A stretch of 60,072 bases of DNA, counting the filler, from Sluysia triapertura (taxonomy: Eukaryota), in NCBI GenBank assembly GCA_046118255.1. It is 5 parts of 5 records of this genome, joined end to end, with 100 filler letters (N's around TTAATTAATTAA, not from the genome) between each part and the next. Parts side by side here need not be neighbours in the genome. Positions count along the whole stretch, not along the records: positions 47,438 to 60,072 come from JBJNIA010093121.1; 4 more parts are not named here. One strand, given 5' to 3'. Positions 52,774 to 60,072 of this stretch are shown piece after piece. A model generated the notes under the pieces. That model was not told the DNA's origin and did not search any database. It saw only the letters and a program-made list of their open reading frames with translations. The first letter of the stretch is position 1, and each line of letters begins with the position of its first letter. Made by a program: the position numbers and the translations under genes.

Positions 52774-53490
52774 AGGTGTAGCAAAAGTAACCAAACCGCA
52801 GACTTAAATAAAAATTAGATATCAAAAACAACAAATGTAATTTCTTCTTTTACGTCATTTTATGTTATCTTCACTACTATTCATTTCCTTCTGCGAATAG
52901 TAGTCTTTGGAATGACTTTTGTTGCGTGATCTTATTGATTTTGTTCTGACCTGCTCTCTGGACCCTCATTCTTAAAAATGCAGCGAAGGACTGAATGGGC
53001 ATGTTGAAACGGAAATCAATGTTCCTGGAGTCACAGTCTGGGCTGGAATCGGCAGCACTGGCCTGGTTGGCCCATTCTTCTTTGAAGGAACTGTTAATGG
53101 TGGACGTTACCTTGATATGATGAAGACTAAAGTGTTTCATATTGTTAATGAGTTTCCCATTTTTAACAAGATGGAGCACCAAAGACGTTTGATTGGATAC
53201 CAAGAACCAATCGAATCTGACATCGCCTGATTTTTTTCTACGGGGAGTTCTAAAGAACGCAGTTTATACTAAAAAGCCTAGGACAATTGATCAACTAAAA
53301 CAAAGTATTGAGCACGAATGGAACCAAATTGCAGAGGAAACTTGGCAGAAAGTATGTTGCAGTGTTATCAAAAGATGTCATGCTTGTATTGAAGTTCAAG
53401 GTGGGCATTTTGAACAAACCTATTAAATTTGTCGTTTTTTGATATCTGATTTTTATTTAAGTTTGCGATTCGATTACTTTTGGGACACCG
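52774..53490 (+). mobile_element. Internally deleted Tc1/mariner-superfamily element with ~65-bp TIRs
   Basis: 52774-52838 is the near-inverse of 53426-53490 (CAAAAGTAA..ACTTAAATAAAAAT.AGATATCAAAAA). Peptides: VTVWAGIG..VGPFFFEGTVNG..YLDM..QDGAP and SNLTSPDFFLRGVLKNAVY..GGHFEQ. Confidence 0.92.
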
Positions 53491-53802
53491 AATCATAAGA
53501 TAGAAAAGACAGAGAAAAAGAAGCCGTCATTGTAAGTTGATTAATAACAAAAAGACCAATAATAACCCTCAGATTATAAGCATTAAAAGTTAATTAAAAA
53601 ATCTCTAATAAAATAAATTAAACATTTTTATTGCACTTTGGTTTTAATAATTTAAAAGTACATTTGCAACACTCTTATAATTATTTTTATTATTAGATTT
53701 TAGATTTTAATTAATATTAACTAACAAATCAGAGAAAAATATGTGGCAAGTTATTATTGGTTACTTTCTGTTAAGTTGATATTCTCTATTCAGATACTAA
53801 AA

Positions 53803-54574
53803 TTAGTTACATTTCTTAATACCTGTAATAATTTGTTATATATCTACAAATATTCGAAATGATTTGAAAATAAATACTGAAAACTTGACAGGACATTCTT
53901 GAGATAATGAAAACAATTACTTACTGGTACTAGAACTTGAATTTCTTCTGGTTCTACTGGAATCTTCATTTGAGGACATTCTACTGGCGTTAGTATTAAC
54001 ATTGTTGCTACAATTGCTATTACTAGCGTGTTTCTTTTTTTTCTCTGACTTATCAGACGAATAATTCGATTTACCAGCATCATACAGTCTTGTCAATTCT
54101 AAATCAATGTGATCGGGAATCACAATCTGATCTGTACATGTATTGTTTGTAATTGTTGTTGCCATAGTAGTTGGCGATGTCGACGTAGGTACAGCTGATA
54201 ATTGACTGGTTTGTGTGGTATGTGAATACATAACACGAATTCTATCGCGTAATTCTTTTAATGCTGAAAAGAATGGTATTTTATCAGCTGCTCGAGGTAA
54301 TTGAGCACATCGAGCACTCGAACTTGGCATTACAAATATAACCTGAAATTGTTTATTGAAAAAATTAAAAATTCAGTAGATATTGTTTACATAATAAACA
54401 AACACACACTCAAACCCAATATAAAGAAAGAAAAATTAAATGAAAATTCTTATCGATAAAAAGTTATATAAAATAATAAAAATTGATTCGAACTAACTGA
54501 ATTAGTTCCTTCTAATCGATTTGGTTGTTTGCCCATTCCAAAATGTTTATGACGTATAAATATTTCATAAGTGC
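53803..54574 (-). CDS. TDG: G/T mismatch-specific thymine-DNA glycosylase, 3' exons: complement(join(53803..53822,53925..54342,54498..54574))
   Basis: [26 protein letters not shown]|[33 protein letters not shown] matches the TDG/Thd1 signature [17 protein letters not shown]; canonical splice sites with consistent phase; the last small exon is tentative; upstream catalytic exons not found. Confidence 0.92.
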
Positions 54575-55269
54575 CTAAAATTCAAAATAATAATAATGAA
54601 ATAATAATAATAATAATATTTTGAAATATTAAATATTTGAAATTAAAATGAAAATAATTTCAAAAAATTTATATTTGGAATAAAAAACTGTAAATTTTGT
54701 TTTTAATCTTTCGGGATTTCGAATTCACGAATTTACTAATTTATTCTCACATCCATTTTAATCAATTTGATATTAGAAAAAAAACTAGAAAACTAAAGTA
54801 TATAACAATTTCTCGATGACGACGAAAATAATCACACATCATAGTAGATACTCAAAATTCAAAAATTAATTTTCCAACCTTTTTTCTCTGTCAGATGCAA
54901 TTCACAAATTTAAATAATATATATACACACGTGCGAACACCAAATTTGTCTTCTCCAAATTATTATTATTATGAAATATTAATGAGAAAATTATTCCAAA
55001 GCTCAAACAATTCTATTTCTTTTTTCCTTCTGTTGCCAGTGAAAAAAATTTTTCACTGATGTTGAAAATATTTTTCTATCCACCTCTTTTTTAATAAAGG
55101 CGACTACTTCAATCAAATAAACACAAATGACATCGAAAAAAGATAATAAAATTTTTTTACTGATTATACTACTACCACTACTACTACAACTACTTAATAA
55201 TTTTCGGCAAGATCGTATCTTTTGGCCCATCCCTGTTTGGAATATAAAATCGAAACCAAATTCATTGTC

Positions 55270-55441
55270 AATGATTGGTTGCTAAAAATAGTCATTTGAG
55301 AATAAATTGGATTATCGAAATGAGTCAGTGAGAGTGTGCTATGTCCGAATTGCGAGTCGATGTGTTAAATGGATAGAAATAGTAAGTAAACACATACACA
55401 CACACGCACAAATAGTATGAGCAAGCAAAATCAAGATGGCG
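55270..55441. promoter_or_regulatory. Promoter-like segment
   Basis: Two ATTGG (inverted CCAAT), TGAGTCA at 55321, a CA repeat and YY1-like CAAGATGGCG at 55432-55441; locally higher GC. Confidence 0.35.
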
Positions 55442-58432
55442 ATGTCCATCTTCAAATTTTGAATGCAGAAAAGCAAATATTTAATTTTCTAAAGCGAATA
55501 ATTTATTGGACATAGAGAAAATAGAAAAATGACGATTTTTTTGTTTTTCTTTTTGTTCTTTTGATTGAATTTTTTTTAGATATTTCCGGAAAATTAACAA
55601 TGTTTTTAATTAAAATTTATCACTTTCTAAATATAGATATCATCAAGTTACTAAAAATATAAAACAATATTGGTAAAATTTGAAATTCTTAAAAATCAAT
55701 ATTTTAAATGAAACTAATGATGCATTATGTAATGCTTTGGAAATGCGCTTTCAGTTAATTACCTTTACAATTATCAATACTTAATATTTAATGCTACAAC
55801 ATTTACATTTTCTCCATTAATTCCAGTTAAATTGTCGAATGATACATACAATAATCAATTATCGGTTTTTTCTAATGAATATTTCATCGTTATTCAAGCT
55901 GAAATTTTGTTTTTATTAAAACTTTACGTCTAAGACTCGAATTTTAACTAAAATGAAGATTGTTCATCATTTTTGTTTATAATGTCAAATTTGAATGAAT
56001 TAATAAATATATTAAATTAATATTTTAATAAGCCTTTGAGTCAATTATGTAAAAAATGTGTGGTACAAATATAAATACGGAAAATCAGAATTCAAAAATT
56101 AAATAACTATGGAGAAAATATTAATTAAATTATCTAAGCAACGTAAAGACAGTATCAAACATATAACAATCAAAAAAATTAACAATAATCACAAGCAAAA
56201 ACAAAAACTTTCACGGCACCTATCGCTTCACAGTTATGCGTTTCGATGCTTTGATCACTGAGCTATCAGCCTCGTCTAACAATTTTATTTTATTATAGTC
56301 AGTTATATCAGTGTTCTTCAAAGTTATGAGAAGTCTAATTTTAAATAAGTTTTAATACATTTATTTTATTGTTATTAGTATTAGACGACAAAATAGTAAA
56401 TTTTTTCTTAATGTAGTATGTTCTAATATGTTATTATTAAATATATTTTAATTTTTTGGTGTTAAAAAAATTTAATTATTTTTATTTTAGTCCGTAGGGT
56501 TAGCGAAAAAACTGAATTATACTATCATTAACCTCAACAATTTTTCATATTAATAAATTATTTCGCTATACACACATGTACACACACGAATAAGTTCTTC
56601 TACTCAATTCATAAACAAAATAAATATTATAGATAACATTTTAAGTACGTGTAATATTTATACTAAACCTTAAAGGCTAATTCGAATTATAAAGTGGAAC
56701 GTTAGAACTTAAGGGCTAACTTAATTTACGTCTTAATATTTGTATACTAATATAATAGTTAATATAATTTCGTCCAAATAAGAAAATCATAACAAGCCGT
56801 CTTCTTATTAGGCGAACTGATCTCCAGACATTTTTCAAATGTAAATAATCCTTTCAAATAATGAATTAGAAAAGTTATCTTTAAATTATCAACCAGAAAT
56901 AATCATGAATAAATCAAATAATTCATTACAAATAACATTGTTTGCTTTTTGTGGATCAATTATTTCTCTAGTTTCATCTGGCATTAAGTGGGCAATAATT
57001 TTTAAATTTAATTAGTTTTTAAATAATTTTAATTTCGATAATTTTAGTGTTTTGAATTACATTAAACAAACTCTAAATTTTAGTATCTCGAAATATAATT
57101 TAAATACTAAATTTAGTCCCATTTGATAGAAAAAATATGTAGAGACAAAAAATATTATAAAAATATTATAGATTAAGCATTATTTTCTTATTTTAATATC
57201 TTGTAACTTGTACTTAACTCTTTAACTTTAAGGGGTATAAGGCAAAAAAAACAAAAAATTATTTATTTGGTTTTAGAATAATATTTTAGCAAGAATAAAA
57301 TTTAAAAACACATTCTTCTTGTATTTATAACAAAATACATTATTCTTGAAGTTGTCTCTCTGTCTATTTTTGGTATCAAATGAAATTTTTCTCTTACCAA
57401 ATTTAAAATGTTTCATTTTAACCTCGTAGTAGAAATTGTACAGTAAAATAACTTCCATAAAATGAAATATTTTCTCTAACTTGATTATTATTTTTGGTAA
57501 GCAATAGAAATTCGACTTATGTAGATGTGTATATTTCTATAACTCATATTACTATTAGACCAAATAATAATAAATTATGCGAGTTTCTATGTCCTGCGTG
57601 TCTAAATGAAATCAGATATTCATAATATAGATAAACGACACCCGTTCCCGGAGCACTTCATCAGATCGCTTATTAACAGCAGCTGTAGTTAATAAAGAGT
57701 TAATGTACCAATCACAATTGATAAATTTTTTCAATAAATCATAAATAAAAATAAAATTTGTATAGCAATTAAAACAAATAATAATAAAAATGACAAAAGT
57801 TACCGCCAAATTTTGAAAAGAGATAAAAATGAAAATAAATATTGTCAGAAATAGAAAAGAATACAAAATACGAGAAACTGTTTCTGAGTTTTATTAAATA
57901 AATATTGGATTTTGTGAGTTTGAAAATAATTATTCAACAAGATTTGTCAATTATTCAAATGATAATTGATGTGGGCTCACTTGTGTGATGTTGTAATTCG
58001 GAGTACATTTTTAAATTATAAATTATTTATATTATGAATTATAAAATTTACTTTGATTTTATAATACATACGATGAATAATTAAATAAAAATGATGATCA
58101 AATTAAAAATAGAATTATTTGAATAAGATAAAGAAAGTCTGCAAATGTAGAGGAAGATAATTGAATTAGATGATGATGATTCAGAGGAGGAGGAGGAAGA
58201 AAAGATGATAATGGTGATTTTAGTAAAGAATATTGATATTATTATTTCAAAATTGCTCAAATCTAATTTCTCGTCTATAATGTATTTTTTGCATGCTTTA
58301 TTTTCTTTTACTAATATTCTCGATTTGTTTTTCAAGAAAATTTTATATTATTATTGTTGTTTTTATTTATTTTATTCATCTGTTTACTCTGTTTATTATT
58401 TGCTTTATTATTTTCTATCTTTATTTTTGCAG

Positions 58433-59320
58433 GTGTTATTCGAACCACTGATCGATTAAATTCCAAAGATCACAAGAATTATGCATTACGTGTATCTGCC
58501 ATCGACTGTCACCTTCCTGAACCTCTGCATTCCACTGTCAGTGTCAATATCTACGTCAAGCATGCTTGTAAATACGGATGGAACGGTTAGTTTTGATAAT
58601 AAAATACAAAATATTAGTTACTTTCAAATATAAATAGCTTATTTATTATAGTTTAATTTTATATTACTTTCTAATATGAATTAAGGTTTTTATGAGCAAA
58701 TCAATTACCAACCAGGTGATGGTTTGAAATTTATTGGTCAACAAACTACAACCAATCAAAAAGGAATTTATTTTGATTTTTGTAACAAAAAAAAGCAAAC
58801 TTCAAATAGATTTCATAATGAATATCAGACAATCAATGAATGCGGTGATAAACAACGAGCCAATGAAATATCAATGCGGATTTCATTGGATAATTCTGGT
58901 GAAAGAAAATGTGAATTTGATCGAGCTAGTGTAATTTATCGTCGTGAACAATGTAGTAAGAAATAAATCATTTTTATTTCTAAGTAGTAAATAATTTACT
59001 AAAAATTATAAAACTGAGATGATTATCTTATTTAGTGTGGAATTCGAATACCATTGATATTTTACCATCAGCTGATGAATTTATTCGAGATGGTTCAGGA
59101 GAAGCAGACGCCGACACGGGAATATTCACATTTGATGGCGTCACTAGCCACTGGGAAGTACCGACAGATGTTATCTCTCCTGATCATTTCCTTGGTAACA
59201 ATTATTCAATTATGTGGTGGATGAAACATACAGGAGAGTTTTATTCACTACTTCAAGGAGAATCTAACAATAACCATAGAAGTGTGAAAGAGCAAATTCT
59301 TTGCAACTCAGATGGAGATG
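58433..59320 (+). CDS. CLSTN: Calsyntenin, internal exons: join(58433..58585,58686..58955,59036..59320)
   Basis: Phase-1 GT/AG junctions. End of cadherin repeat (YALRVSAIDC..VNIYVKHACKYGWNG), linker INYQPGDG, LamG start (IFTFDG..SIMWWMKH..KEQILCNSD). Confidence 0.88.
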
Positions 59321-59351
59321 GTTAATATATAATGATAATAATATTCACATA

Positions 59352-59635
59352 CCGTAAAATCCCATACATAAGCCGCACCTTATAAATTTTTTAAAACGAT
59401 CTTTTCTGTAGATAAGCTGCGGCTTATCCATGGAAGAAAATATTTGAATATTTTTAAGCATCATTTTAACTTTATAAGGGTCTTTATTTAACAACTATGT
59501 TAAACTTCATTTTTCACAAATTACATTTGTTTCTTCCTGTTATTTTAAATCTCGTATATAAGTCACAGTAAAGATTTTTTAAAAAACAACTTTTTGCCTT
59601 AGATAAGCCACGACGTGTTCACGTGATGTTATGGT
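59352..59635. mobile_element. Tc2/pogo-like MITE
   Basis: TA-CCGTAAAATCCCATACATAAGCCGCACC start, internal GATAAGCTGCGGCTTATC palindrome, degenerate inverse end near 59635. Confidence 0.5.
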
Positions 59636-59914
59636 GATTGTATAAATACAAAGCGAAAAAAATTATTTATTACTATACGATTGTTCATAACAGAGTGAAT
59701 TGTTAAATAAATTATTATTAATAACTTGTTCGCTTATTAGAAATTTTATCTTTAGATATATTTTAATGTACTTTCATTTTGTGTTCACCTTCATATTGCT
59801 AGGTTCGCCTACAGTGTACGATTTATGTATTTGTACGACGTTCTCGTAGGACCTGTCAAATTTAATCGTTCTTAACTGAGGGCATAAACTATGACTCAAG
59901 GATTAAATACATAG

Positions 59915-59917
<3 letters not shown>

Positions 59918-59965
<48 letters not shown>
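59918..59965. repeat. (AAT)n microsatellite
   Basis: Pure triplet run. Confidence 0.95.
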
Positions 59966-59966
<1 letters not shown>

Positions 59967-60072
59967 TATAGGATACCCTCCTATTTTTGCTTTACATACA
60001 AACACAATTTATATTATAACAAATTAACAATACTATTTAATAAATAAAACACGAATAAACACTATTACTTAT

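Noticed and set aside
52877-53203. 108-aa minus-strand ORF
   Set aside because: Antisense shadow of the plus-strand transposase remnant
57631-57743. Possible terminal exon (INDTRSRSTSSDRLL...) as the NRAMP C-terminus
   Set aside because: No NRAMP motif, and the intervening TM exons are absent

Overview
Very AT-rich metazoan DNA, most likely a triclad flatworm (planarian). That taxon call is an inference from the low GC, abundant (AAT)n, a 41-nt intron and a cecropia-type mariner. The window is not one locus: four identical 100-nt spacers (N44-TTAATTAATTAA-N44) join five contigs of about 11-13 kb (1-11074, 11175-24507, 24608-36379, 36480-47337, 47438-60072). Spliced host genes are present only as fragments: an NRAMP/SLC11 transporter, the 3' part of thymine-DNA glycosylase, calsyntenin and one neprilysin-family exon. 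The rest is decayed mobile DNA: Tigger/pogo, Tc1, mariner, other ITm elements, and Gypsy-like LTR ends and PPTs. The most interesting signal is in contigs 2-4. They carry intronless, highly diverged, mostly disabled ORFs resembling host proliferation and ubiquitin regulators (PIM-like kinase, PP6 regulatory SAPS subunit, CACUL1/cullin-N, BTB, ankyrin). They also share an orphan ORF family and a recurrent TGTRGTGGYCAAC terminus. This fits the cargo of a giant LTR element or an endogenous large virus that captured host genes. All homology calls were made by eye from remembered family motifs and need database confirmation.
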